Shown: positions 1-12,640 of the stretch, piece after piece
Layout: every line of letters begins with the position of its first letter
How positions within the stretch are numbered: the first letter of the stretch is position 1
Assembly (NCBI GenBank): GCA_964035575.1
Contig: OZ037837.1
Coordinates: forward strand, 620,001-684,000
Source of the DNA: Rhynchopus sp. YZ270_cl-10
Taxonomy: Eukaryota
Length of the DNA: 64,000 nucleotides
Direction of reading: 5' to 3'
Notes under the pieces: model-generated
The model's database searches: none
What the model was told of the DNA's origin: nothing
What the model saw: the letters and a program-made list of their open reading frames with translations, nothing else
Position numbers and translations under genes: made by a program

Positions 1-198
1 AGCGAGTGGTATCAGTGGTGTTTTTAATCAAAACATCGTCAAACCAAGTGACCTCATCTCGACTTGTTCTAGTTAACAATCTAGAGGATGTAGGTGTTGC
101 CGGAGATGTAGGTGACAAAATGGGGGGCATGGTAGGGGGAGACAATGGTGAATCCGAGGGTGATGTGTACACACTACGTGGCGTGACAGAAGCATTGT
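1..198 (-). CDS. Possible partial exon, Ser/Pro/Thr-rich, running off the window start
   Basis: Stop-free minus frame NASVTPRSVYTSPSDSPLSPPTMPPILSPTSPATPTSSRLL...; same strand as neighbouring genes; no recognisable domain. Confidence 0.25.
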
Positions 199-366
199 AT
201 TGTTTTCGGGGGTGGGGGAAAAACATAAAAAGGAAAAGTAGGGTGCGGTTTCAATTTTGTCCTAAAAATACCCTTTTGTACTGTTGTGTTTGTGAGTCTC
301 TGGTCGGGTGTTAAGGAAGCTGTACACAAGTATGGCGGAACTTAAGGAGAATGTTCCGGCATTGTT

Positions 367-2034
367 CTAGCGCTCAGTGTCTGCCCCAGCATCAATGAGC
401 ACCTGCACCACGTCTGCATGTTTTTCCTGCACAGCAAAGTGCAACGCAGTGTAATTACCGCAGTCTTGCTGATTCAGGTCCACCTCCGGCAAAGACACAA
501 GATAGCGCACAGTATCGGTGTGTCCAAAATATGTTGCAAGGGTAAGACACGTGACTCTTTTGGCGTCTGTGGCACGTACATCCGCACCTGCTTCGACCAA
601 CATCTTCATAGTTGTGAGTTCTCCAGAAATGCTAGCCACGTGCAAAGGCGAGCGTCCTTCATCATTCTTTGTCTCAATGTCAGCCCCTGCATCAATGAGC
701 ACCTCCACCACGTCTGCATGTTTTCTCTTCACAGCAATGTGCAACGCAGTGCAATTCGTACTCTCTTGGTGATTCAGGTCCACCTCCGGCAAACACACAA
801 GATAGCGCACAGTATCGGTGTGTCCAAAATACGCTGCAAAGAGAAGACATGTCTCTCTTTCTGCGTCTGTGGCACGTACATCCGCACCTGCTTTGACCAA
901 CATCTTCACAGTTGTGAGTTCTCCAGAAATGCTAGCCACGTGCAGAGGCGAGCGTCCTTCATCATTCTTTGTCTCAATGTCTGCCCCTGCATCAATGAGC
1001 ACCTGCACCACGTCTGCATGTTTTTCTTCCACAGCAACGTGCAACGCAGTGTCGTTCTCGCAGTCTTGGTGGTCCAGGTCCACCTCCGGCAAAGACACAA
1101 GATAGCGCACAGTATCGGTGCGTCCAACATGCGCTGCAAGGATAAGACACGTGGCTCTTCCGTCGTCTGTGGCACGTACATCCGCACCTGCTTCGACCAA
1201 CTTCGTCATGGCTGTGAGTGCTCCAGACATGCTACCCACGAACAGAGGCGAGCGTCCTACATGACTCTTTGTCTCAATGTCTGCCCCTGCATCAATGAGC
1301 ACCTGCACCACGTCTGCATATTCTCTTTCCACAGCAACGTGCAACGCAGTGTATTTACTGCTGTCTTGGTGGTCCAGGTCCACCTCCGGCAAGCCAGCAA
1401 GATAGCGCACAGTATCGGTGTGTCCAAAATCCGCTGCAAAGATAAGACACGTGACTCTTTTGGCGTCTGTGGCACGTACATCCGCACCTGCTTCGACCAA
1501 CATCTTTACAGTTGTGAGTGCTCCTGAACGGCTAGCCAATTGCAAAGGCGAACACCCTTTGTTTCTGTTCTTTGTCTCGATGTCTGCCCCTGCACCGATG
1601 AACACTTGACACACTGCAGGGTCCTCCCACATGGCTGGACATAGGTACAACGTCTGACCTGCACTGTCTTCGGAGTGCCCGTGTGGGACAAACGTGACGT
1701 TGCTGCAGACTGACTTCCAATGCTGCAAGAGGACCTCCGTGCACGCAGTGTGGTCTGCGTGGACACACTCACTCAGCAAGATCCCAAACCCCATCTGCGT
1801 TGTCTCAACATACGGAAGAAGCAGTGTCAGGCATTCATCGTGGTTCCCTCTGCATGCCTCGTGCACAGCATCAAAGACAACTGTTTTGCTGCCTGGGGAG
1901 AGCTTCTCGAGTGCTGCCCGCACGGCAGCGGTGTTGCCGTTCCTGACAGCCTTCAACAGGACGTCCTTGTCAGAAATATTTCTTCCTTTTGGTGGGTTCT
2001 GGTTTGGTGTGCTGTCTGCGTGTCGCTTCGACAT
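367..2034 (-). CDS. Ankyrin-repeat protein (555 aa), family member 1
   Basis: Repeated SPLH/TALH..A...G....V..L...GAD motifs; 300-bp internal period (cacctccggc at 481, 781, 1081, 1381); N-terminal block shared with the other family members. Confidence 0.92.
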   Translation of the reverse strand: MSKRHADSTPNQNPPKGRNISDKDVLLKAVRNGNTAAVRAALEKLSPGSKTVVFDAVHEACRGNHDECLTLLLPYVETTQMGFGILLSECVHADHTACTEVLLQHWKSVCSNVTFVPHGHSEDSAGQTLYLCPAMWEDPAVCQVFIGAGADIETKNRNKGCSPLQLASRSGALTTVKMLVEAGADVRATDAKRVTCLIFAADFGHTDTVRYLAGLPEVDLDHQDSSKYTALHVAVEREYADVVQVLIDAGADIETKSHVGRSPLFVGSMSGALTAMTKLVEAGADVRATDDGRATCLILAAHVGRTDTVRYLVSLPEVDLDHQDCENDTALHVAVEEKHADVVQVLIDAGADIETKNDEGRSPLHVASISGELTTVKMLVKAGADVRATDAERETCLLFAAYFGHTDTVRYLVCLPEVDLNHQESTNCTALHIAVKRKHADVVEVLIDAGADIETKNDEGRSPLHVASISGELTTMKMLVEAGADVRATDAKRVTCLTLATYFGHTDTVRYLVSLPEVDLNQQDCGNYTALHFAVQEKHADVVQVLIDAGADTER

Positions 2035-3129
2035 GGTGCTGTGTGTATTGCTGTGAGGTTGATGATGCTTTGTGTAAAATGCGAGGTTGCGGGGATGGAG
2101 GGAAGGATCTACAAAAGAAGCTCACCCAGGGTGCAACACACCCAAAGCTATGTACAGTACTCCTACCAGGGCCTGTCCTTGTGTAACGTTCTGTGTCTAA
2201 TAATGCACTAACACACAGGGTGTGCTCAAAAGACTCAAGACGAAGGATCTTCACCCTTCAATAAACTGCGCACACTTTGTTAATTTCACATTATTTCTTG
2301 CTCTCTAAGTCTCGAATACTACCAGCATCACCTTCTGCTACCAGAACAACATGTGGCATCCGTTCTAACACCTCGCACCCAAACACCCGGAGGCATGGCA
2401 CCAAACCTGAAAGCACTTGTCGCCCTTGGCAGTACAGTGTTACCCTGCCCCTTTCGCACCACGTTGTTCACAAAAGCTGTCGAACAGACATAGCACCTCC
2501 ATCTCTCCGAAGGTGAGCTTGCGACCCGATCATCATGGAAGGGCTCTCTGCTGTGCGAAAGGGTTCGTTGCGGTCATGCGACACCCAGCCGCAGATGGCT
2601 GAGATGCCGCCTTTCCCCGAGAGTTTGGCGGTGTTCTGTCCCCTAAAGAACACCGCCCTCAGGAGGCACATCAACATACAGCTCCCTCCCGACTGCCCCC
2701 CTCTCTGTGTCACGACGTGGGTTGTGGGAAAAGCGGAACATTCTGCAAACCAAATATAAAGAAACATAAGCAAAATGATGGCTATCCTGACAATTTTCCC
2801 GGTGGGCGAGGGAGAAGGTGGATATGGGATGAAAAAAGGGGTGCGTTTTTAAACTTTTTTTTTTCACTCAGATAGCCACGTGCCGCTGAAGGCGATCGCA
2901 TGCTAATACAGAACATATCAGTCAAGGCTGTCTTTACAGACTTGGTTTCGGAATAATAAACACCGGAAAAAAAAATTTATGGCGACGAAAGTGTTGTCTT
3001 GGGGCTATGAAATAAGGGGGTCTTTCACTAATAATGGTCGGAACCTTTTTTTTTGTACGGAAGACGCGGCTTTAAAAAAGACCTTCTAAAGCAGAACATC
3101 GCCCTGCACATCAGTGGTATTTTCATATA

Positions 3130-3522
3130 CCGTAATTGTAAAAATATTGGGACGTAAAAAAGTTGAAACGTAAAAATGTTAGGCCGTAAAAATGTTGGGA
3201 CAGCTGGGCGAAAAATTCCCGTCCCAACATTTTTACGGCCCAACATATTTACGTTCGGGAATTTTTACGTAGATTTTGTTAGGGAAGATTTGTCTTAGCT
3301 AGCAAAAAAAAATTTTTTTTTTTCGATTACCTAGCGAGTAGGCGGGTTGAACTTCACTGGCACGTGTCAAAGTTTTCAAGAGGGCGTGGGAAAAAAACGC
3401 TAAGACAAATAGGCTCAAGCCAAAGTAGCCCAAAAAATGTTGGGCCGTAAAAATGTTGGGACGAGCGAGCCTTTTTTGGGCTGTCCCAACATTTTTACGG
3501 CCCAACATTTTTACAATTACGG
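3130..3522. mobile_element. TA-flanked MITE (Tc1/mariner/pogo-like ends)
   Basis: TA|CCGTAATTGTAAAAAT ... ATTTTTACAATTACGG|TA; internal CGTAAAAATGTTGGG subrepeats in both orientations. Confidence 0.75.
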
Positions 3523-3764
3523 TATCACCTTTTTTTTGGCAGAGGGCTGTTGACTGGACTGCTCACGGTCCCTGCGCGTAAAATAGACAACTGGAAAAAT
3601 ATTTAAAAAAATGGGAAAAATATTCTACTACTGTAACAGAGGTGCATAGCAGCAACACCTCATACGATATGCAGCTTCTGCGTCACTTCTTCTTCTTTGC
3701 AAACTTGGTTGCATTATCATTGAAAACCCAACTGCCATCGAAGGGGGAAAAAAACCGGGGTTTT

Positions 3765-3900
3765 GTGGATATGGGGGGACCCACGCTCCTGAAACTTTAC
3801 CCTGTAAAAATAATCTACAACACGCCCCAGCACTCTGCTCTTCTGCATGCGAAAAAACGCTCTTTGTACGCTGCCAGAACCGCTGGGGACGCCTGGATCT
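3765..3900 (-). pseudogene. Helitron Rep (HUH endonuclease) fragment
   Basis: Translation ...VLGRVVDYFYRVKFQERGSPHIH matches the Helitron Rep motif V(E)FQxRGxPHxH; flanking translation is not Rep-like. Confidence 0.75.
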
Positions 3901-4727
3901 GAACTAATAAAACCTACTCCATTCTCGAACTTTTCTCCACAAATGAGTTCATTTGAACAGTATCCCCTTCTCCAATTCAACGCAACAAAACTGTATCTTT
4001 TCCCCCCTCGTTCTCGTGCATAATGACGCCTGCATCTGAAAACGAAGAAGAAGAAGGGGAACGTGTCGTGCTCAGACTCCTCTTCGTCCTGGGTGACCCT
4101 GCAGGGGTAGCTTCGCAAGGAGGGTTGTGAAAAAATAGGTGTGAATGAGTTTAGGTACTGATCAGTCACACGCATCGCACCTAGAGGTGTGGAGGGTGGG
4201 GGCTCTTGGTACATAAAAATAACCTACCACGGAAGTGCAGAAGAAAGGGAATAAGGGAGTGGATGAGTGAAGTGTGGGAGGGCAAATTTGAATTGTTGAC
4301 TACACCAAATAAATCTGAAAAAAAAAAGAAGAAGAAATTACAAAAGAAACGACATCATACTGGTGGGGGATCGTTCTATCCAGGGTATTAGGGTGGTTAA
4401 AAAAACTGGTTTTGAAAACCAGTTTTTCCAAAAACTGGTTTTCAAAAAAAAAAAAAAAAAAAACAGAGAAATCTGGAGGGGAAAAAAAAACCGACACTTT
4501 TCACCAGGCCTTTCTGTAAATGTCGTCCCCAGATTAGGGCGGACTCGATTTTTTTCCCCGCATTTTTTCCCGCCTGGTAGAACCGTGGTTGAACCACGGG
4601 AGTGCCTTTGAGAAATGGATGTTCCTTGAATTTTTTTTGCCTGCGGCGCCATTTTTCATTTTTTGCTCCGCAAAAAAGGGTTCGTTGAGTGGCTCTGTCG
4701 TGTAAAAAGCTAGATTTTTACACCGTA

Positions 4728-6786
4728 CATGGCTTCATAAATATATTCAATATTTTTATTCACGTTTTTTTCAATATCAATATATTGATCAATATCACGT
4801 AGGAAATTTTCAATATATTGACACTTTTACCGTGTAAATTTCCCATTCAATATTTGCAAATATTGATCAATATATTGATCAATATATTGACACTTTCCTT
4901 CACACAACGGTCTTGCGCCCCTTGGAAACTGGTTCTGCATCTTCCAACCTCACACAAACTCGTGCACCACACATAAAAACATGCCCGAGTTGAGGCACAA
5001 AAAAATTGCCCCAATTTCCAGGACTGATAATTGAACTTCGGACCAAAAAATGCAAAAAAATATGGCGACTTGTGTGATACCAACCATGACAAAATTCCAA
5101 ATGACTTCTCGAGTCCGCATTGCACTTCGCGGAGCCCCAAGGGAAGACACCCTTCTTCAGAAGCCAGGTAGAGAATGCCGCCCCCCACCCTACCCCCTCT
5201 CACTGTCCGCGTAGATCCCCCACTAAGGAGCCATCTGATGCCACAAGGCAAGTCGCTCCCCCGCGATGGCATTGAATGGTACGTGCGCGTTTACGAACTG
5301 AGCCATGATTGCCCTTAGAGTCCCACGGTAACACGTGCAAAATCATAGAGTTTTTTTGGCTGTTAAAAAGGCTGGGGTATAAAGAGGTCGCGTGATTCGT
5401 CGAGCGGTTGTGAACCGCCTCCGTTCTCTTACGGTACGGAACACCCACCTCCTACCCTTTGCATGAGCTCGACTGCGTTTTAGCACGTTTCAACTACTCT
5501 TTTTTCTCGTTCTGTACCCAGAACAACCTCCTCTCCAAGCAGCAAACCCCACCCCTGACCAGGGGAAGCCTCCTGGGCCCATAAGCGGAACTATTTACTC
5601 ACTGATCCTCTCATAAAAAAAGACATGTGGATGGATGGATTTTTCAAATGTATGTTCGCAACTCTCATAAAAAAGTAGCGCACCGTGCGCCTCCGGCGCG
5701 GACAAAATTTGGTTTTGCGAATCCTAAATATTTTTTGCTAGCTCGTGTGGTTGATGAGCGAGAACGAAACCAAATCGATCGCAACGCCTCGTACACTAGC
5801 TAAAACACCTGAATGGTCACAGAACACAACGCAGTGCATGGTTTTGTGGGTTGCTTTTGCCCACAGAAGTACCCCTGTGCGGCCTAGACCTGGTTCTAGC
5901 ACCCCAGAATCGCGTTTTCCAGTCCATATAGCCGGGTATGGTCCCAAAAAACCACCCAAAAAGGCGAAAATCCCGGTTTTTGGTGAAAAACGCCTGTTTT
6001 GCCCATAGGGTACTTAAGGAACGCACGTTTCTAAAGTATTTCCCACGTAAACTCGCGACACGAAAATAGGAATTAAAAACAAATCTCTCACAGATCTGAT
6101 TTGATGATCCGCATTTTTGAGGCCCAATCTTTCCAACGCCGAAAAAATCTTACACTTTGGTGCATTTTCGGGTGGGTGCACCAGGAGGGTACTGAGAGGG
6201 CAGCAACCTTAAAAGCCTAAACACAGGTGTTTAGGAATTACGAGCGGTAGCCCACAGCTCTACCCTATCCATGCTATAGTTTGGCTGTGATAATGTGCGA
6301 TTTATGGGACAATCTTTGAAATGTTGCGCACATGGCTTCAACAGAAAAGTTTGACCCTTTGCCTCTCCACTCTGTGGCTGGAAGGGAGCTGAGAATAAGC
6401 CGGGTCCCGGGTACTGTCCCAGGACTAGAACTAGGACGGGTACTGGGCACTGGGTACAGTCCCAGTCCTAGGGACTGGGAATACCCCTCCATCCAGGCCC
6501 CACCCTCCCGCTTTCAGGCGTTTTCACAGCGTTTTCGATATATTGTGCCCAGTCCCACTGAGAATAACCGGGTCCCGGGTCCCCAAGTCTTATTCTCAGC
6601 TATGGCCTCCCGTCAAGGAAAAAGCAGGCACTGCAACGTCAATATTCAATAATATGATCAATATTTCAATATTATTGAAATATTGACAGTTTTCAGTCAA
6701 TATTATTGACACTTTCAATATTCAATCAATAATATTCATCACCAAATCAATATATTGACGATATTCAATATATTTATGAAGCCATG
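4728..6786. mobile_element. Nested TIR element with AT-rich subterminal repeats
   Basis: TIR CATGGCTTCATAAATATATT...AATATATTTATGAAGCCATG; host-element sequence accgta(c) duplicated on both sides; CAATATATTGA subrepeats at both ends. Confidence 0.8.
6387..6601. mobile_element. Small TIR element (third nesting level)
   Basis: AGCTGAGAATAAG...CTTATTCTCAGCT; a 46-bp relative lies at 20789-20834. Confidence 0.6.
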
Positions 6787-7181
6787 ACCGTACCCTCAAA
6801 ATTTTCGCCTGCGGCGCCATTTTATACAGTCCCTATGTTCCCAATGTCTACCCTGGGTCAGTAGCGCCGAAAAATATTTTGAGCAAAAAACAAGCTGACC
6901 TCCCCAACTTGAAATCTGGATTCCTGGATAAGACACTGACCCCACCCCCGAAAACCCCGAAAAAGGTGACTGTGTCCGTCAACGATGGAGATTTTCGCCG
7001 GAAACACTAGTTTTCGCCACCCAGGAGAGAAAACCAGAAAAACCAGTTTTTTCCGGAATTTTGGATTTTCACCCTAATACCCTGGTTCCAGGGGTGGCTC
7101 TAAGTTGAGCCAAAAACCCCGATTTTGGCCGAGGTGCCAATGACTTTTTTCTGTACAAATGCCACACGTAAAAAACCCCCG

Positions 7182-7299
7182 AAAACCCATTCCGAGCTTT
7201 CCGGTCGGTACGTTGGCGGGGCATCTCCCCGCATATTTTCAAAACCCATTCCGAGCTTTCCGGTCGGTGCGTTGGCGGGGCATCTCCCCTCATATTTTT
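7182..7299. repeat. Two tandem ~59-bp units, also found inside the 16679-16924 MITE
   Basis: aaaacccattccgagctttccggtcggt(a/g)cgttggcggggcatctcccc at 7182 and 7241; homologue at ~16785-16835. Confidence 0.75.
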
Positions 7300-9989
7300 G
7301 AGGGGGGTTTTTCGGGGGTGGGGGTTGAAGAAGGGGAAAAATGAGTCAAATAGGAGAAGGGGCGGTTGTGAACTATCCCGTCCCCAGGCCTCTCCGGGTG
7401 GGTCGGGGTGTGCAAGCAAAGTTAAAGCAAAGGGGTGGGGGTGAGGAAAAGAAAAGTATGGTCAAAAGTGACGTAAGGACACCACTAAGCGGTGCACAGA
7501 AAGGGAAGATGCCCTTGCGTATGAACTAGGGAGGGAGGGGATGGGAAACCAAGACTAATTAACGCAAATACGAAACAGAACTGATTCCTGGCGAAGCCAC
7601 GGTGCGCAACATTTCTAAAAAAATGTTGACATCAAATGGCACTGTCGTTGGTCATTATCGTCAGTTCCCGTAAATGTTACTTCCATATTTTGCTGAACGA
7701 AAGTTTTGGCGAAGCCACGGTACGCAACATTTCAAAATATTGTGCTTAAAATTGCACATTTTACAGCCAAACTATGTCATGGGTGGCTTGCAATCTTGCG
7801 CCGCAGGCGCACGGTACGCTACTTTTTTCCTTTCGCCATGCTGCATGCTTCCTTTTCCTTCGGCGTTTGACCAATTGGGTCGCGTTCTGGCTGTGACGGG
7901 GTCACTTTGTTCATGAGGTGAGCGTTGGGCTCAGAAGAAGCAGTGCAAAACACTGGGGATCAACATGAGAACCAACTCCCAACAACACAGGCTACCAAAG
8001 TAGCAGGTGGGGTGTTGCGGGTGTTTGGGGTGAAAGAAAATCGATTTTGGTAAGTTCCAGCAGAAAATTCTTAAGTTTGCACTAGTCGAGAGAGGCTTAC
8101 CCGCTGCAGTGAAGCAGTGCACCCATTTAAGGATGGAGAAGCGTGACACGCACATACAAGTATGTACGTTACTTCAACAAAGGCTGAATTCTGGTAATTC
8201 TAAGGGATGTGAATTCAGCCACCACGCAGGTAGTGTTTTAAGGTTCCTCGCTTTGTTCTGCACAGCGGGCTTATGATACAAAGGAGTTGCCCCCGCTCTC
8301 TTTCGCGCAAACTTAAGAAAATTCTGAAGTAACTACAACCTGGCGTGCGGGTACAGATGCATTGCTTTGTTCTTTCCTCAAAGTCATGTGTGATCTCTCG
8401 GGTCTGTACTAAAGTCAGTGTTTAGATAAGCATCCACTTGACTCGTTCTAACAACCGTTGAAATCTAGAACAAAACAATACACTGCCCCTTCTCACACCA
8501 AGCCGCCATGCTTCAAGAGCATGCCCTGGGCAAAAATTACTGTGACAAAAACTGGTTTCTGGGGGAACGCAATATTTTCTTGTGTCTAGTCCTCCGCAAG
8601 CAGAGGACAGACTTTCCGGATCCCGAAGTCGAATTTCTTGCACTAGCTATGCTCCCTGGGTTAAATGGCTATAGCAGTGACTGACTAAGAGTTTCATAAT
8701 AATTGGGGTGGTCTCGGTCGCCACCTGATTTTGAAATATTTGCACCAGCTCGTCCGTCGGCACTGCTTCGCTGTCACAATGAAGGGTCGTCGGTTCGGGT
8801 ACCTGTTAAGAGAAATTGAGGACAAAAGTGACGTTACTAACAAAAAAAAAGAAGTTGAGTCAATGACTTGAAATACAAAACCCTCTCGTGAACAGTGTAC
8901 CTTGGTACATGACCGGCTGTACCGGGGTGGACACCCAACAAGAGATAGATAGAGGAGCACAAATCTTGGTAGTCGCTAATTTGGGCGGGAAAAAATAGCT
9001 TCAATTTACATCCGGAGACGAGACGTACATCCAGAGCGGGACAATGTCGAAAAGGGGGAGCGGGGGTGGTGAAAACCGGGGGTTAAAAACATACCTCGCA
9101 CTCGGTCCACTCTCCAGGTACGAGAACATCATTGGACGTACAAACCCACCACTGCGTCAGTAAATAGCTATTTCCCTCCCTCCCGCCAGGTTCGAGGGAG
9201 CACTTGAGGGAGGAAAAAAAATGCCTGGTTCGCGCAGGTAGTTTTCTTACGGGAAAAATCTGGGGGGCCGGGCGGGGCCGTGTTGCTGAGAATAACTCGC
9301 ACTCTGCCCGGTGTGAACAAGCCCACACCAAAGCAATGGCTGTACAAGTCGATTTTTGCAGGGGTGGGCGGGCACCCGGGCTTTTTCCATTTTTTTGGAT
9401 CGGGCACCAGGTTTTTTATAAGGATTTCAGGTGATTTTTGGATTTTTCTGAGAACACGCTGCCCCCCTGCCGAAACATGTTCTCGTTTTTCCCTTTTGGG
9501 GGGATTTTTGGCCTTTTTCGGGTTTTCCGAGCATCTCCGCAAACTTTTACCCTCACTGTAACGGGGTCATTTTGAAAAAAATGGACAAGTTCTTGGCTGA
9601 TACACGTTTTGGTCGAGTTACTTAGCGGGGTTAAATTGAACTACGATTCTGGACCCACTGTAACGTGAACCGCCCCCTCGAAATTCAAGAAGGGGTCCCA
9701 AACCCGGGCGCGCTACGTGCGGCGCCGCAGGCGAAAAAAAATTAGGGTACATTGTAAAAAATGCAGCGGGATTTTTGATGAAGAATAGTGATTTTGTGCA
9801 TAAAAGGTAAATACGTCCCGAGCCCGGCGCGCGTAGCGCGCCGGAAGTTCTGGGCCTCCGGCGGAGAAACTAGAATTCCTGGCCTAAAAAGGGTCCGAGC
9901 TTTCGCACGGTGGTGGGTGGGGTGGATCTTTATGATATTCAAAGAGATGCAGAAGCTCTGCGGACACCTCCTCACTGAGGTACTCGCGG

Positions 9990-10260
9990 GATGGTTCTTG
10001 GCATGCAAGAGTGCATCAAGGGGTTCGTCGACAACTTGTGAGCGGAGACGTGTCTTCACCAACTTCAATCACGAAAATTCCCGCTCATCTTCGCAAGACG
10101 AAACAGGGGGTCAGAAGGCGAGTCGCACAAACTCGCATTATCCCGTACTCCTTCTTCAGTTGCGTCCTCATCTCCTCTCTGCTTGTCCCCGGCTTCGCCG
10201 GATCCACCAGGAGCTTCTCCCCACTCCTTGTCATCTCCGAGGTCGGGTTGCAACGGAAGG
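9990..10260 (-). pseudogene. hAT transposase C-terminal dimerisation-domain relic
   Basis: EYGIMRVCATRLLT, frameshift, PVSSCEDEREFS*LKLVKTRLRSQVVDEPLDALLH fits the hAT consensus PxSSxxxERxFSxxKxxKTxLRSxMxDExLxxLL; contains a stop and a frameshift. Confidence 0.8.
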
Positions 10261-10715
10261 AAATAGTCGGCAGATGGCTCGGGCGAGGAGGCTGGGAGGA
10301 AGATGAAAGAGGTGGGCGGCCCTTCGGGCCCCACCCCACCTCTTCAATTTTTTTATTTGTATTTTTATTTTTTTCCAATGAAGAATTCTTCATCGGATTC
10401 TTCAGCGCGGAAAGACTGATTATGGCTTAGTACCGCACTCCCGTGTATTTGGTGCACCCAGATGGTCAAACACCCGATTTTTGCGTTTTTTTTACATTTT
10501 TTTTGCATTTTTTCGCCCAGTATTGAGGACGTGTGGGGGTGAGGACCACCGAGGGCAATTTTGTGAATTTTTTTGGGGTCAAAAATTGACTTGTCTTTCG
10601 TAAATCCCACGAAAAATCGGGTGCGCAAAATCGCGTTTTAGACCCCCATAGATGCTCAAAAGTGTCAAATTTTGCTTTTAATGGACTCAAATCGTCGAAA
10701 TTCGCCCTAAAAATT

Positions 10716-10870
10716 TTGACAGGTACCACCTGTCATTTGACAGGTGCACCTGTCAAAATGACAGGTGCACCTGTCATTTTACAGGTACCACCTGTCATAT
10801 GACTAGTAATATTCAATTATCACCTGTCATATTTATAACTAGTAACACCACCTGTCATTCACCTGTCATG
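10716..10870. repeat. Array of short palindromes TGACAGGT(G/AC)CACCTGTCA
   Basis: Four consecutive palindromic units plus three further CACCTGTCAT half-sites. Confidence 0.8.
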
Positions 10871-11048
10871 GCCATAACTAGTCCGTCGTGCACCTCCCAT
10901 GTGGCAAAAGTCCAGAAAAATATTTTGCCTGTGGCATTTGTACAGAAAAAATATTTTTTTTACGTGTGGCATTTGTACAGAAAAAAAGTGTGTTTTCGGA
11001 GGGGTGCCATGGGCCCATGGACTTAGAAAAGGCCCTGCCTGGTTCTAT

Positions 11049-11712
11049 CAGGGTATTAGGGTGGTTAAAAAAACTGGTTTTGAAAACCGGTTTTTCCAAA
11101 AACTGGTTTTCAAAAAAAAAAAAAAAACAGAGAAATCTGGAGGGGAAAAAAAAACCGACACTTTTCACCAGGCCTTTCTGTAAATGTCGTCCCCAGATTA
11201 GGGCGGACTCGATTTTTTTCCCTGCATTTTTTCCCCGCCTGGTAGAACCGTGGTTGAACCACGGGAGTGCCTTTGTGAAATGGCTGTTCTTTGAATTTTT
11301 TTTGCCTGCGGCGCCATTTTTCATTTTTTGCTCCGCAAAAAGGGTTCGTTGAGTGGCTCTGTGGTGTAAAAAGCTACATTTTTACACCGTACCCTCAAAA
11401 TTTTTCGCCTGCGGCGCCATTTTATATTATTTTTTTGCTCCGCAAAAAAAAAATGCCGTCCCTATGTTCCCCATGGTCAGAAGCGCCGAAAAATATTTTG
11501 AGCAAAAAAACAAGCTGACCTCCCAATCTTGAAATCTTGAAATCTGGATTTCTGGATAAGACACTGACCCCACCCCCGAAAAACCCGAAAAAGGTGACTG
11601 TGTCCGTCAACGGTGGAGGTTTTCGCCGGAAAAACTAGTTTTCGCCACCCAGGAGAGAAAACCAGAAAAACCAGTTTTTTCCGGAATTTTGGATTTTCAC
11701 CCTAATACCCTG
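11049..11712. mobile_element. hAT-type MITE family 1, copy 2 (intact)
   Basis: 15-bp TIR; perfect 8-bp TSD ggttctat at 11041-11048 and 11713-11720. Confidence 0.93.
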
Positions 11713-12079
11713 GGTTCTATCAAAAAAAAAAAAAAAAAATACAAAAAAAAATGTGGAGTTGATAGTGCAAACACCTCTGGGAGGCAGGCATTGCTTGACA
11801 CTATAAAATAATAAAAATCCCCGTTCGTCTCTTGTTTACAGTTAGGCACAACATTACGGGTAAGGGTAGCACAATTAAAAACCTTGTTTAGTGTCCCACC
11901 GCTCCCCAAAAATCTGTTCGCACGCACGCAAAAAAAAAATAACTAGTCAAAAAAAAATAATTTTTCCCTCACCTATTTTGCCCTCTTTTCAGGCTATTTC
12001 CTAACTCTGGGGCGTTTTGTTGCATTTCTGAGCCAATCCCGGCTTGTGGTGGGGTGAATACGGAAAAATGGACAAAATT

Positions 12080-12640
12080 TTAGTGACTTAAATTTTCGCA
12101 AAATATGAACCCATACTCGTAAACAAGGGTCATTTTCAGGAAAATTCGGAAAATTCCGACATTTGGAAGCAATTTTTTCCCCTGAAAAAACAGTGGGTTT
12201 TCAGCCCGAAAACATACCGCGATTGGGATTTCCGGAATCCGTCCGCACTGTGGTGGGGTCACTTTGCCGAAATGGCCAAATTCTTGGTTTTGGTCAAAAT
12301 CCATGTAGGGTAAAGAGCGCCAAGGTAAATCCCACAACCAGATTTTCTCTCCCTGATCCTGACGTCTTGAAACATGAAAATGCGCGAAAACACCGGCATT
12401 TACATTTTCGGAATCCGTCCGTTCTGTGGTGGGGTCAATTTGCCGAAATGGACAAGTTCTTGGTTTTGGTCAAAACCCGTCAGTGTAAGGTAAAGGGGGC
12501 AAGTGTTTGCCTGTAGAAATTGGTAGGGAACAGGCAGCGCCGCAGGCGCACGGTACCCAACTTTTTTTATTCTTGTACCTTTTCTCCACTTTCTTTTGAT
12601 TGCACGAGCCGATTGCTCTCCACGGTGGGGTCACATGTGT
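12080..12640. repeat. Interspersed repeat with inverted diverged copy at ~19640-20010 and fragment at ~27400-27480
   Basis: gggaacaggcagcgccgcaggcgcacggtacccaac (~12527) vs its reverse complement at ~19735-19770; ggaatccgtccgcactgtggtggggtca recurs at ~12233, ~12410, ~27417. Confidence 0.7.

Larger units (their letters stand above)
4381..7084. mobile_element. hAT-type MITE family 1, copy 1, interrupted by a nested insertion
   Basis: TIR CAGGGTATTAGGGTG...CACCCTAATACCCTG; colinear with 11049-11712 once 4728-6786 is removed; flanks only partly duplicated (gttctatc/gttccagg). Confidence 0.85.

Noticed and set aside
418..1527. 369-aa plus-strand ORF and similar antisense ORFs over the ankyrin, LRR and gag genes
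   Set aside because: Antisense shadows of repetitive coding sequence; no independent domain signal
2290..2730. Coding-like, GC-richer stretch upstream of ankyrin member 1
   Set aside because: Multiple stops and no identifiable family
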